Below the pieces are notes generated by a model. The model saw nothing but the letters and a program-made list of their open reading frames with translations. It was not told the DNA's origin and searched no databases. From an uncultured virus (IMG/VR IMGVR_UViG_3300040957_000063) (Duplodnaviria; Heunggongvirae; Uroviricota; Caudoviricetes): a stretch of DNA of 64,000 nt. Shown here one piece after another: positions 43,256 to 54,770 of the stretch. The stretch is taken from IMG/VR virus record IMGVR_UViG_3300040957_000063. The stretch is one strand, 5' to 3'. Numbering within the stretch: the first letter of the stretch is position 1; every line of letters begins with the position of its first letter. Position numbers and translations under genes: made by a program.

Positions 43256-43597
43256 GTTGTAATAAGATAATTAACTAATGATACATTGGAACACACAGCG
43301 GCAAAACAGTTATGGTACTAAAAGGCTGGGAGTTGTAATAAGATAATTAACTAATGATACATTGGAACATCCGCTGTACCAGAAGCCAAAGCTAACTATG
43401 TCGTCTGGTTGTAATAAGATAATTAACTAATGATACATTGGAACATCTGTCTTTATATCATAAATATTGGCGGCTGACACATACAGTTGTAATAAGATAA
43501 TTAACTAATGATACATTGGAACATGGTTTGAGTGTAAACTTCGAATCCGCCATTTGTTATGTTGTAATAAGATAATTAACTAATGATACATTGGAAC
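43256..43597 (+). CRISPR. CRISPR mini-array, 5 identical 37-bp repeats and 4 spacers (39, 39, 41, 38 nt)
   Basis: GTTGTAATAAGATAATTAACTAATGATACATTGGAAC at 43256, 43332, 43408, 43486, 43561. Orientation inferred from the GTT...GAAC ends and the upstream gene. Confidence 0.97.
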
Positions 43598-44810
43598 TTT
43601 TATAGCGTAAAGTCGAAACTAAGGGAACAAAAGATGCATACAACGATTTATCGGTTCAACGGACATGGACATAAAGGCACAATCTTTATAAGGAAGGATG
43701 ACATAGTAGTTGACATCGAGGAATGAAAATGGTAAGATGTCCTGAATGTAACGGCGAAGATTTAGACCGCGAATGGCTTGACCGAATGTTTAGCGAAAAT
43801 CACGATGAAACACGCTTTGTCTGCAATGATTGTGGCTGTGAATTCAGAGAAGTAACAGACATCACAATTGACAAACACGGAACCAAAAAAGAAGAGGATG
43901 AAGAATAAATGTTCACACCAAACGGAGTAGAGTACAAAGTTTTAGACCATATGGATAACGAAGTTATTGTTCTGATAATTCCGAAAAAACATATGGAAAT
44001 GAACCTTCAGACCGACACGATGACTCTGAAACAAATGTTGGCTTACATTAAGGTAGTTGTCCCAACAAGAGAAGATGCACTCTCAATTTTAGAATCCATT
44101 GCTCACATAATAATTCAACACATAGAGGATTGAACATGTCACGACTTTATCATTGTCATAGAAAAGCCCCATTGTTCCCGAACGAAGGAACCCCAGAGCA
44201 GAAAGAAGCACATAGAGGACTACGGGCACGGGTTCGGGGAGCAGTTGAAGTTAATCAAAACCAATGCGGTCAATTCGGAAAGCCATCACAAGATTGTCTC
44301 GAATTATTCAAAGCTGGTGTAGAAAGACCGTGTTTCGATGCTTGCTACCGAGAATTCTTAGCGAATTTCAAAAGGGGAAGCCAATGAACAACGAAGAAAC
44401 AGCCGAAATAGTAATTAACCATTTGGCACGTTTCGGTCAACTCAAAAACCCAAAATTCGCCGAGGACTTGAAAAGGCAAATAAAGGACTTGCTCGATTCC
44501 GAAGATAGACGAAACTTAGAAAGGCTGAAATTCCTATGATGAACAACAAAGAACAAATGGCTTTAAGTCTCACTATTGACTTGCAACTTGACAAAGAAGT
44601 TCGGAAACTTTGCAAAGAAATGATTCGTTGTTGGGGACTCACACACAAAGACAGAAAGGAAAAAATTGAACTTGAGAACTTGCTTTACCTCTATATCAAA
44701 AAATCCGATTTAGTGTTGGAATTGCATCTTGCACGAGAATGTGCAATAATACAGAACAAACTTTTAAAAGAAACCCTGAAAATAAAAGAAATAAACAGGA
44801 AGAATAACTC

Positions 44811-45248
44811 ATGAACGAGGAAGAATTTAGGGTAAAGGAACGACTAAGACATAAATTATATAGGTTAACCCATAAAAAAGAGGATAAGGCATACCGTAAA
44901 AGATACAATGCAGACCCAACTCATAAAGCAAATGCTAAACAATATAGGTTAACCCATCAAAAACCCATTCAGGATTCCAGAAAGAAATGGAAGGTTAAAA
45001 ACCCAGATAAAGTTCGTGCATTGCATACAGACTACGAAAAACGAAATCGAAAAAAGAAAAGTGCACAACTTATGGCATTAAGAAATGTTCCTTTAGGTAA
45101 AGAATGCGAACTTTGCCCCGAAGATGATAAGCGAACAGAGAATTTAGAAAGACATCACCCAGATTACGATTATCCGTTAATAATTGTTACAACTTGCCAA
45201 GAATGTCATGAATGGGTAGAAGTAGATAAAAGGGGGATTCAATTATAA
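44811..45248 (+). CDS. HNH endonuclease
   Basis: CELC...ERHHPDY...CQECH. Confidence 0.75.
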   Translation: MNEEEFRVKERLRHKLYRLTHKKEDKAYRKRYNADPTHKANAKQYRLTHQKPIQDSRKKWKVKNPDKVRALHTDYEKRNRKKKSAQLMALRNVPLGKECELCPEDDKRTENLERHHPDYDYPLIIVTTCQECHEWVEVDKRGIQL

Positions 45249-46241
45249 ACTGCGATGAAAAACGAGCACTTGAACTTCTTCGAAGTGAAGGATTGTACGT
45301 TGACGAGCGAGAATTCCGAAAGTTCTGCACGATAGACGAGCCTAAGCGAGCAAGAAACTACACACCGAGAGAGATAGCCGACAGATACATCTTTTACAAA
45401 CGAATGGAAAGAGACAGCGAAGAAAGAGGCAAAAAGCCTTATCTTTATAAAGGAGATAGTGTGCCACATGTCTAACTTGATTCATTACGAAAAGGAAACA
45501 AAACGGTTCTACGTCCTAAACGAAAAGGGCGAGAAAGAATACGTCAATATGGGGGACGAAAATGACCAAAGTTAACTGTAGTGATTGGCATTGCCAATTC
45601 AATAAGAACAGCTATTGCTCCTTAGACGAGATTCAATTAGGGCGAAGTATGCTTAACAGCGTAGCTAATGTTTTCTCGACAGATGACCTTTTCCGATGCT
45701 TGAGCAAAGTTCCGATAACTGAGAAGCCAGCAGAGCCTAAACTTGAAATCTTAGACAAAGTTCTCGACCCCGTTTGGGAATACTTGAACTTGACTAAAGA
45801 GCAATTCGAAAGGCAATGTGTTCGAGGAAACTGTGTCAAATGCGGTTCAACAGCCAAATATAAAAATGGTTGTCTCTGTCCAAACCATACACGGGGCTAC
45901 CATAAGTGGCGTAACACACGAGAACGCAAGAGAATAGAACGAGTTAAAGAAGCGAAGGGAATTCAATAATGTTCAAAAGAGAAAAAATACATTTACATGA
46001 TAAAACCGTTATTAATATTGAATGCGAAAGTTGCCAGAAAGATTTTTACATTCACGTACAAGATAACAGAAAATTCTTAGGCATATGTCCATTTTGCGGT
46101 GAGAAAGTATGAAATGGGTAGTAGTCACGAGCAAACGGCAATTCGAAGTTGAAGGAGACAGGCGTAAAGACGCTGAAAACGAAGCGTGGAAACTTCACCA
46201 AGACGGCGAAGAACTATTATATATTGTAAAGAAGGCGTTAT

Positions 46242-46715
46242 TTGAACTTGCCCTATAAAGACCCTGAAAGAGCGAAACAAAACAAAAAGGATTATTACCG
46301 ATTGAATAGGACGGAAATTCTTAGAAAAAAGAGAGACTATTATAAAACTCATAAAAAACAAATTAGGAAAAAACAATTAAAATATAAGCAAACTCATCAA
46401 GAGGAAATAAAAAATATTAACCAAAATTGGCGTAAAAATAATCCTGAACATCATAAAGAATATTGTAGAAAAAATCCCGAATTAATTAAAAAATGTATTG
46501 CAAAACACCGTAAATTGGGATTTATTCCTTTTAATGAGGCATTTATTGGTTCGGAAGGTCACCACATAGATTTTGAGTGTGTGATTTATATTCCCAGAGA
46601 ACTTCACAACTCAATAAAACATTGTGTTTGGACAGGTAAAGGCATGGATGAGATTAATGATAAAGCATTAGAATGGTTAATAACCAAGAAAGCCCTCTTT
46701 GATATGTGCATTTGA
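46242..46715 (+). CDS. HNH-like endonuclease (GHHI...ELH family)
   Basis: LGFIPFNE...GHHID...YIPRELHNSI...TGKGMDEIN. Confidence 0.6.
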   Translation: MNLPYKDPERAKQNKKDYYRLNRTEILRKKRDYYKTHKKQIRKKQLKYKQTHQEEIKNINQNWRKNNPEHHKEYCRKNPELIKKCIAKHRKLGFIPFNEAFIGSEGHHIDFECVIYIPRELHNSIKHCVWTGKGMDEINDKALEWLITKKALFDMCI

Positions 46716-46767
46716 GCACGTTAATTCTCCCATAATATTTATAAGTAAGTTTTGCATTCTAATTAAG

Positions 46768-46888
46768 ATAAATGTGTGCGGAAACAAGGTGTCCGATAAC
46801 AGTCAATCTGGGGCGCACGGATTGATGGGAACTCGGAGCATCAGCCGTACACCGCGTTAACTTTTATTACCATATGTTAACTTTTTTG
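46768..46888 (+). ncRNA. Candidate ~110-nt hairpin ncRNA
   Basis: Promoter 46714-46745; nested stems gtgtgcgg/ccgtacac, tccga/tcgga, gtcaatctg/cggattgat; T-tract end. Confidence 0.5.
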
Positions 46889-47126
46889 AACATTTCATTA
46901 GATTGAATTAGTATTTAAGTATTTCACTTTTATGAAACAGGATGACCTCTGGTGGACGACTTCCCGTGCAAAACCGTTTTTTTAATCAACTGATTAATAT
47001 AGATTGGTGTACATGTGTTCTACAAAGATATTTGTATATAAACCTAAAGTATTTGGGCATGTTATTTCTTAGGAAATCTTTATATATCGGATTGAAGTGT
47101 TGTATGGGTTATAGAGGAAAAACATT

Positions 47127-47525
47127 ATGGAAAGAGAAGAGAAACTTAAACGTAAAAGATTCATAGTGCTATTTCTCTTAGTGCTGTGCATATTAGGTCT
47201 AAGTATGTTACCGCACGATTATAACCCAAGTGCAACCATGAGAGATTTAGTTGTCGGCTTTACGGGTGCTGATTCAGCATCAGTTAGCAATGTAGTTTTT
47301 TCTGACACTTCAGGCGTTGTTTCGCCTGTAGCTGGAACAACAAACGACTATTGTGTTCCTGTCGGTACTCATTGTGTTATAACCTATAACGCAAATGCCG
47401 ACTTAAACGGTTGGAACACAACACCACAAAGTTTGAGCTATAGTTTCAATGCTGGCAACGGTGCCACGGCTCAAACAATCAGCATCACCGTCAACTATTC
47501 CATGCAAGTTGCACTTGCCCTTTAG
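47127..47525 (+). CDS. Membrane-anchored or secreted protein
   Basis: Basic N-terminus plus hydrophobic helix, then a Ser/Thr/Asn-rich beta domain. Confidence 0.6.
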   Translation: MEREEKLKRKRFIVLFLLVLCILGLSMLPHDYNPSATMRDLVVGFTGADSASVSNVVFSDTSGVVSPVAGTTNDYCVPVGTHCVITYNANADLNGWNTTPQSLSYSFNAGNGATAQTISITVNYSMQVALAL

Positions 47526-47695
47526 ACCAATATGGGGATTCTTCCCAAATGTTTATAAGCCCCGATGTTATCTTCTTTGTTGGAGATAACTATGTGGACT
47601 GAAATAGCGATAATAGCCGTTACAGCAATACTCTGTGCGACTTACCTCATAGCCAAATACTTGAACTATTGGCATAGGAAGGACTGTGGATATTT

Positions 47696-48004
47696 ATGAA
47701 GAGCCTCACATACTTTCTTGGAATCTTTGCGTTCGCAACAAATGTCGGCGATTTGATAACGACACTCATAGCTTTGCCTCTGGGTGCTACTGAACTTAAT
47801 CCGTTGTTAGCACAAGTTGGGTTTAACCTTTTCTTTCTAACAAAAATCATACTTCCAACAATCTTTATAATTTCATGTCTTGCAATAGCTGAAACAAAAA
47901 GAAAGAATTTGGTACTGAGTGCTCGTGTAGCTTTAGGGGTAATTGGATTCGCTTTCTTATACTGTGTTGTCAACAACATAATCGTTATTTCTCATATTAT
48001 CTAA
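47696..48004 (+). CDS. Small multi-pass membrane protein (DUF5658-like)
   Basis: DLITT...GATELNPLL and three hydrophobic segments. Confidence 0.6.
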   Translation: MKSLTYFLGIFAFATNVGDLITTLIALPLGATELNPLLAQVGFNLFFLTKIILPTIFIISCLAIAETKRKNLVLSARVALGVIGFAFLYCVVNNIIVISHII

Positions 48005-48063
48005 ACATTGATTCTTAGAAAACCTTTATAAGTAACATTGCTATATGGATTGGTAGTGATAAG

Positions 48064-48333
48064 ATGCGAACAATAATTAAAGCTGGAATAGTTATTCTAA
48101 TTGTTAGCGTAATTGCTGTCGGTCTATATGCTTTATTCACAGCCCCAAATACTTTGGTTTACAGCAACGTCAAAATCACTAACATAAGTATGCAAAATTG
48201 GGGAGATGACTTTGTTTACCTCAACAACGGCGCGGTTCTTCGGTTTAGCGATGCTTCTGGCTTGCTGATAGGGCACACATACAACGTCTATACTAATGCC
48301 TTTGGCGATTATGCCTTTCAATTCGTAAGCTAA
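48064..48333 (+). CDS. Small membrane-anchored protein
   Basis: N-terminal TM helix; own promoter near 48002-48032. Confidence 0.55.
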   Translation: MRTIIKAGIVILIVSVIAVGLYALFTAPNTLVYSNVKITNISMQNWGDDFVYLNNGAVLRFSDASGLLIGHTYNVYTNAFGDYAFQFVS

Positions 48334-48574
48334 ATGTCCCCCTTCTTTTTCTTGTTATGTCTGTTTTCTTTGTTTTCTCGTATTATCTCTGTTTTCTCGC
48401 GCCATAAATATACCACGTATAGTCTCGAAAAACAGCTATTTTAATCAGGTGATTAATTCGTAAAAATCCATGCCGTCTTCTTCGAGGGTTCGGGTTTTTT
48501 TAATCGGGTGATTAATTACTGAGTATGTTCAATATTAGCGAACATTTATATAGGGGAGCGAACACTATACGGGT

Positions 48575-49564
48575 ATGAAACAAGAAGAAGCGGTAGATTA
48601 CTTTCAAAGATTGCATAAGAAAGGCGAACACCTATGCATATTGGTATGGTCAACAGAGGACGTTATCGGACAGGCTCAAGAACATCATATTAAGATAACT
48701 CAGGCTGAAGCTGATAAAATCGTTGAAGATATGGAACGTCATCACGATGCATCATTTGGGGTTTCGTGGAGTACAATAGACAGTTATCTCGATGACTTAG
48801 TGACCGAACGATTAGCCAAAAAGAAAGATGAGAAAGCTAAGGAGAAGATTCAGATTGACTGAAAGGTTAACTCAGCAACAGATTCACGATTTAAAGTCAA
48901 CTCCGCTTCGCTGTGGTTTATGCAATAGGGTTGTGAGAGAAAAGACTTGGGAAGAGCATATGGAAAGTAAAGAACACCAATTTCGTTTAGAATTGCTGAA
49001 AGACAAACTCGAAGAGAAACGAAAACGTTACAACAATGACGAACTTCTTTGGGGTGGCAAAGAGGTTGAGGAAGTTAGAAAAGGGGCTGACGCTCCTATG
49101 GAAGTAAACTTCACATGATTAACCCTTCTAATATTCCCGAATGCACATTGAAGATATTAAAGGAAAAGCCAGAGTTGGCGATAGTTTTTGGTTACGAATT
49201 AAACGCTAAACTTTGTAAATTCAAGCCAAAATACAAAGCTGGCGATATAACCAAAGTCTTGATTATGTCTAACGAGGACGAAACTACACCTTCAGGGTTT
49301 GTTCCCCGTGAACTCCCAATTAATGACCCAGAAGATATAACCGAGAAAACAGAAATCTTCTACGCCGAAGTTGAAATCACAGGCTACTATGAACAGGGCT
49401 ACGGATGCATTATTAAACAGATTCTTTACAAAAGAAATGACGATAGCGAATTTGACGAAGTTGGACATCATCACACTTATCATACAGCGTGGTTTGAGAA
49501 AGCTAATAACAAAGAATTTATTGAAGCAATTTTCGAATTACAAGAGAAGGTATCATTCGATTGA
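48575..49564 (+). other. Chain 4 of three coupled genes (48575-48862 EKIQID, 48855-49118 MEVNFT, 49115-49564 EKVSFD)
   Basis: C-terminal motif or a variant; overlapping stops and starts; CATG-type promoter at 48521. Confidence 0.75.
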
Positions 49565-49938
49565 CTCAAGGATGTTGTTTCTACCCAAAACCTTATAAGC
49601 AAGGGCACTTACTTAATTACATTGGAGACTTGGTATGAGCAAGAAAAAGAGCAAACCAATAATGCGAGATTTAGATACTGTTCCGCATTATGAGGTTCAA
49701 TCGGCTGTTGACAAAATAAAGCGTAAGCGCGAAAAGAATCTGCTCATACGGGAAGAAATGGATAGACAATACCGAATAGAACATCCAACATTGGCTAAAT
49801 ATGAACCGTATATTACGGCATTAGAGGTTATAGGTGGAATTGCTCTATTCTTCGTGATTATCTACCTAATATTCTTAGTTAACAATTCCGTTGACCCAAC
49901 AATCACTCCAATCAATATGATATTAATGAGGTTGTAAA

Positions 49939-50784
49939 ATGACAGAATTAGAAAACAAAATAGCGGTAGTTGAAGGAGCAGACGTACTAAACGCCAAAAT
50001 GATGGACGAGATAGTTCAACATCTCATTGAAAACGGCAAGCTAATGGTAATTGGCTTAGGCGGTACAGGCAAAACCAACACTACGATGCACATTGTACGC
50101 TGGCTTATGCAAATGGTACAGTACAAAGCTGGCAATATGGTTATCCGAATAGGCGATAGCTCAAACGTCTGGAAGCTAAAGTTCGATAAAATCCCTTACA
50201 TTGACATCACCAAGAAAGCCTCAATTCCCGAAGAAGAGAAAACTGTTTTACTTGACTTAGGCTATTTGGACGGCGCAAAAAACGTTGCTATTCTCCAAAA
50301 CTTAATCGGCGAGGACTACTATTCGCAACGTGAATTAATGAATAACAATCACGGTCAAACTCCAATAATGAGAATCTACGTGCTCGAAGAAATTCAGAAT
50401 CTCTTTGATTCTAACGGTAAATCTAAATTCTGGCTCAAGATTTGGTCGGAATCACGAAACTACGGTCAATTCTTCGTTGGATTAGCCCAGAGACTTAGCG
50501 ATGTTTCCACAAGGATAGTGGAACGTACAAAGTGGATGCTCATAGGCTCTCTTTCAGGAGACAATGACTTAGCTAAGATACGCCGAATGTTCGGAAAGAC
50601 AACAGGAGAATCCGTCATAAACAAGATTCAATCATTGAAGCGCGGAGAATTCCTATTGATTGACAGAGAAAACACAGAAAGTTCATTCAAAATCTACTTC
50701 CCTCAGTTTATCCAAGACGGTCAACCTTACGAGTTTAACTCCAAAAACAACGGTCATATGCGCGTGGAGAGGATATTCCTTTGA
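49939..50784 (+). CDS. HerA/FtsK-like P-loop ATPase
   Basis: Walker A GLGGTGKT, Walker B YVLEEIQ, SRNYG...LAQRLS; follows a TM-protein gene (49635..49937). Confidence 0.7.
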   Translation: MTELENKIAVVEGADVLNAKMMDEIVQHLIENGKLMVIGLGGTGKTNTTMHIVRWLMQMVQYKAGNMVIRIGDSSNVWKLKFDKIPYIDITKKASIPEEEKTVLLDLGYLDGAKNVAILQNLIGEDYYSQRELMNNNHGQTPIMRIYVLEEIQNLFDSNGKSKFWLKIWSESRNYGQFFVGLAQRLSDVSTRIVERTKWMLIGSLSGDNDLAKIRRMFGKTTGESVINKIQSLKRGEFLLIDRENTESSFKIYFPQFIQDGQPYEFNSKNNGHMRVERIFL

Positions 50785-51086
50785 AAAGCCAGACTGTTTC
50801 AAGTGACATAGACACCAAAGGCTTCATGTTTCAAGATTCCAAAGAAGCGTTCCTTAAAGCTACAGGTCAACACGAGTCACCCGAACACCCAATTAAACGA
50901 GTCAAGTTCAAAGTAACATTCTATTGGAAGTAAGAATATGGGTACACCAATGTATTGCCCCGATTGCGATGAGACAACCGAATTCCAAAAGATAGCTGGA
51001 AAATGGACTTGTATGGATTGCGGTTGCACTTTAGATGACGAAGAAGAAAGTGAAGAATTAGAGGACTTGGAAGGAGAGGACAGCTT

Positions 51087-51970
51087 TTGATAGTTGGAAT
51101 GCATATTATTGATGACTTCAAAGTTGAGGACAGCGAAGAATTAGTGAAAGAACTACGCGAACGAAACTTGATAGACTTTACGCTTGAAGAAGTTAAAGAA
51201 TTAGTTTCAAAGGAATATAACGGCGCGGATTTCGAGGACGTTCAATTAGAGGACGATTGTTTAAACTATATTCTTGAGGATTTAGCTAAAGGAAACTACT
51301 ATTGGGAATATCATGAAGAAGATAAAGAGATGTTTACGATTTACGTAATTGACACAAAAGACCCGTTTACAATAGATGGTCACGTTCCAGATAACAAAGT
51401 AAAGGTGAATTTTGATTGAAAAGAACAGAAGTATTAAAAGCACTAAGAAGTATTCCGACAGGGAATATTCAAACTAATGAGCAAATTATAGCTGAGGCAT
51501 TAATTTTCATTATTGAGCATCCAACGGAAGTGAGTTTTACATGAGTGAACGCAAAAAAGTATCTTTCAAAGTAACTTATATTGGCAGTTGTGCCCCAACG
51601 AGATTCCAAATACAAAAGGCTCTGCTTGACGGTGGCATGGATGACTACGGAATTATAGAGGTAGTAGAAGTTGAAAGTTAGTCTGCGCTGGCTTAAAGAG
51701 TCAGATGACGAAATTGCTAAAGTTTTTCGTAGTGCTGTCTCTGGAACAACCGATTGTGTTTTATGTTCAATGTTTTTGGAAACTTTGTGGACAGACGAAA
51801 ACGGCGTAATGTCTAAGTGTACTTTTGATGAGATTTGTGAAGATGAACTTGAGCATTTTCAACAGATAGCAGACTTGTACGGTTCAGGCTCTTACAGTTT
51901 ACAAATTGTTTCGCTCGATTATTTGCCTCACGAGACTCAAGGTGGAAGGGAGATAGTAAAATTTGATTAA
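51087..51970 (+). other. Chain 5: 51087-51419 VKVNFD, 51416-51544 TEVSFT, 51671-51970 EIVKFD
   Basis: Same C-terminal motif; 51416-51544 translated by hand. Confidence 0.75.
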
Positions 51971-52003
51971 TTTAAACGTAAACCATAAGTTTTATATATT
52001 TGT

Positions 52004-52468
52004 TTGTTCTTTATATTTTTGGGTGTAATAGTGAATAAAGAAGAACGGGTAGTATATATGGCTGATTGGTTCCAACACTTAACCCCAGAGAAAAGAGAAG
52101 AACGCAACGAAGGGGCAAAGGATTGGCAACAAAAACACCCAGAACAATTTAGAAAAAAATGTGAGGAATATCGAAAATTGAGAAAGAATGCAGAATATTG
52201 GAAGGAATATTTTAGAAAACTCAAGAAATGGGCTGTAGATAAGAAGGGACGTAAATGTGAAGATTGTGGTTTAGTTTCTGAATATGACTGTGTTTATGAC
52301 TTCCATCACGAAAATGGAGTTGGAACGTGGTCTAAAGAGGAAAATAGTTCAAATGCAAGAACAAAAGAACTTATAAAATGGAGAAAAGCAAATAGTATTC
52401 CAGAAACTTGTAAACTTCTCTGCGCCAACTGCCACAGAATTCGAACTTTTAAACAACTGATTAACTGA
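52004..52468 (+). CDS. HNH endonuclease
   Basis: CEDCG...VYDFHH...LLCANCHRI; close paralogue of 55118..55543(-). Confidence 0.8.
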   Translation: MFFIFLGVIVNKEERVVYMADWFQHLTPEKREERNEGAKDWQQKHPEQFRKKCEEYRKLRKNAEYWKEYFRKLKKWAVDKKGRKCEDCGLVSEYDCVYDFHHENGVGTWSKEENSSNARTKELIKWRKANSIPETCKLLCANCHRIRTFKQLIN

Positions 52469-52939
52469 GGGATTTTGAGTATGTTAGTTCTGACATAATC
52501 TTTATAAGTGACGGTGTACTCTCTTAAATAGTGAAGTGGTGATTAATATGGGCGTAAAACATATATACACAGACGAATACGGCATTAAACGGTGCGAACA
52601 TTTAGATAAGCCTTACCCAAGCGGATGCTCTGAATGCAAACATAGTGTCCCTATATTCTGTGGTTGTGACTATGAAGATTATAACGGAGAAGGATTGGGA
52701 GAAGAAGGTGAATAAAAAATGAGATATAAAAAATATTTAGCGGTTACTCTTTGTCTTTTACTTATTTTCTATATAATAATTTCATTTTTATAAGCATGGA
52801 GAAAGTAAAGAAACCTTTAAATAAGGCGATGCTATAATATTCTTTGTTGATAAGTATGGGTCGTAGAGAATGCAAACAGGTTCACGGTTACGGATTTAGA
52901 TGTATTGGATGTTGTTCCATAAAGAGTGTTGGGGAGAAA

Positions 52940-53188
52940 ATGATAGACAGATGTGACAGGTGCGGACGAATTGCGGAAACAAGCGAAGTTATTAGAGGGT
53001 TCAATGGAAAAATTCCAATAGAACTTTGTAAACGATGCTTGACTGAATGGAGTGCCCTTTGGTTGAAAACTTACGGACAAGAATCTTTTGCGGTTCGTTC
53101 TGGCGAGAAAACTTTGCCGATTGAGACAGAAGATTTATGGGAAATGTTTATGAACGAAGAACTAAAGGAGATAGTGTGTTTCAGTTGA
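52940..53188 (+). CDS. Zn-finger microprotein with EIVCFS tail
   Basis: CDRC...LCKRC...W, similar to 35484, 35735 and 61217. Confidence 0.65.
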   Translation: MIDRCDRCGRIAETSEVIRGFNGKIPIELCKRCLTEWSALWLKTYGQESFAVRSGEKTLPIETEDLWEMFMNEELKEIVCFS

Positions 53189-53492
53189 GTCATCATTTAC
53201 AGTTACATTATACAGACATTGCAACTTTAGTTCCTATTCCAATGTGTGAACATAGGCTCATTCACGAACTTTAGTAAAGGTCGAGTTTACTTGAAAACTG
53301 CGCCGAAAAATTGTTGGAAATGCGATGGTAAAGGATTTATAATTAACAAATTCGAGAGGGAAGTATGCCCTAAGTGTAATGGTTCTGGTTTTATAAGTAA
53401 AAATATAAATGATGATTGTTTTACAAGAAAACTTACCTAAACCATAAGACTTATATATAAGATTGATACACTTATATATAAGGTGAAAAACT

Positions 53493-54005
53493 ATTTCTAA
53501 AAATTGGAGAGCTACCCATAAAGAGGAAAGAAAAATCTATAAAAAAAACTATTGTCAAACTCATAAAGAACAACTTAGAATATATAATAAAACTTATTAT
53601 TTAACTCATAAAGAAAAAATTATAAAAGATAATAAAAAATATCAACAGAGTGAGAAGGGAAAAATGGCTTATAGAATGGTTTCTTTAAAATATAGTAAAA
53701 AATTAAAAACAAAAGCATTTACTTTATTAGGTGGTAAATGTGTTAATCCTTATAATTTGCCTCATCCAGATTGGTGTAATGATTGGCGATGCCTTCAAGT
53801 TGACCATAAAAATGGTGGTGGAAGAAAAGAAAAAAAGAAATTGGGAACAAATGGAATTTATAATAGAGTTTTAAAGCATCCAGAGGAATATCAACTTCTA
53901 TGCTCAAATTGTAATTGGATAAAGCGATATGAAAATAAAGAATGTCCTAATTACGGTATTATTCAAGACGAAATACGAGATGATTCAAGTGCGCTTACAT
54001 TCTGA
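53493..54005 (+). CDS. HNH endonuclease (possible ATT start)
   Basis: LLGGKCVNPYNLPHPDWC...LQVDH...YQLLCSNCN; frame is open upstream to an ATT 6 nt after an AGGTGA RBS. Confidence 0.7.
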   Translation: MSKNWRATHKEERKIYKKNYCQTHKEQLRIYNKTYYLTHKEKIIKDNKKYQQSEKGKMAYRMVSLKYSKKLKTKAFTLLGGKCVNPYNLPHPDWCNDWRCLQVDHKNGGGRKEKKKLGTNGIYNRVLKHPEEYQLLCSNCNWIKRYENKECPNYGIIQDEIRDDSSALTF

Positions 54006-54393
54006 GGGAAACTTTGATATTGAAATAAAAGATACAATACCGTGGTATAAAATCCATAAAGAAGAGGATAATAAACGCTCTGCAAAATTTCGAAAAATAC
54101 ACCCAAATTATCAAAAGGAATATTCTCATACTCCAAATGGAAAGAAGATAGCTTTGCGTCATGTTAATAAAAGAAAACGAGGATTAGGCTTTATTCCGTT
54201 AAATGAACCGTTTGCTGGCTCGGTTGGACACCATATTAATAAAGAATATGTTGTTTTCATTCCAAAGGTTCTTCATAAGTCTATTCCTCATAATGTATGG
54301 ACGGGACGAGGTATGGTTGAGATAAATACCAAAGTTTTTAAGTGGTTTAAAAACCCCCCTATACCCCTTTTCCATTTAGTTATTAAAAATTAG
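53929..54393 (+). CDS. HNH-like endonuclease (GHHI family)
   Basis: LGFIPLNEPF...GHHIN...FIPKVLHKSI...TGRGMVEIN. Confidence 0.55.
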   Translation: MKIKNVLITVLFKTKYEMIQVRLHSEGNFDIEIKDTIPWYKIHKEEDNKRSAKFRKIHPNYQKEYSHTPNGKKIALRHVNKRKRGLGFIPLNEPFAGSVGHHINKEYVVFIPKVLHKSIPHNVWTGRGMVEINTKVFKWFKNPPIPLFHLVIKN

Positions 54394-54770
54394 TTTAAAA
54401 AAAAGACGATTTTAAAATTGCTGGAATGCTGGTTCCGAGCTTATCGAGGTTAAGTGGTTTTTTAATCTATTGATTAATTTGATTGTGAAATGACGCGAAA
54501 AACTTAGCCTAAAAATTAGCCGACCAAAATCAAAATTTTCCAAAAAAGTTGCCTATGTACCTAACATAACATACTCGTTTTGATTCTACTATATAAACCT
54601 TTTGGTCTATATAAAGATTCCGTAAGGTTTATATACCTGAACAATTGTCCAGCTATTTAAATATTGTGGTACCTCTCTGGGAGCTATTTCTGAGGTTTTT
54701 CGAAAGAACGGAACTATTCTCGAAATTAATATCAACGTGATTATGAAGTTAATGTAATCAAGCCAACTCA

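Noticed and set aside
43598..43670. Degenerate sixth CRISPR repeat ending ACATGGAC
   Set aside because: Similarity is limited to a few bases that are explained by the CATG promoter box at 43661.
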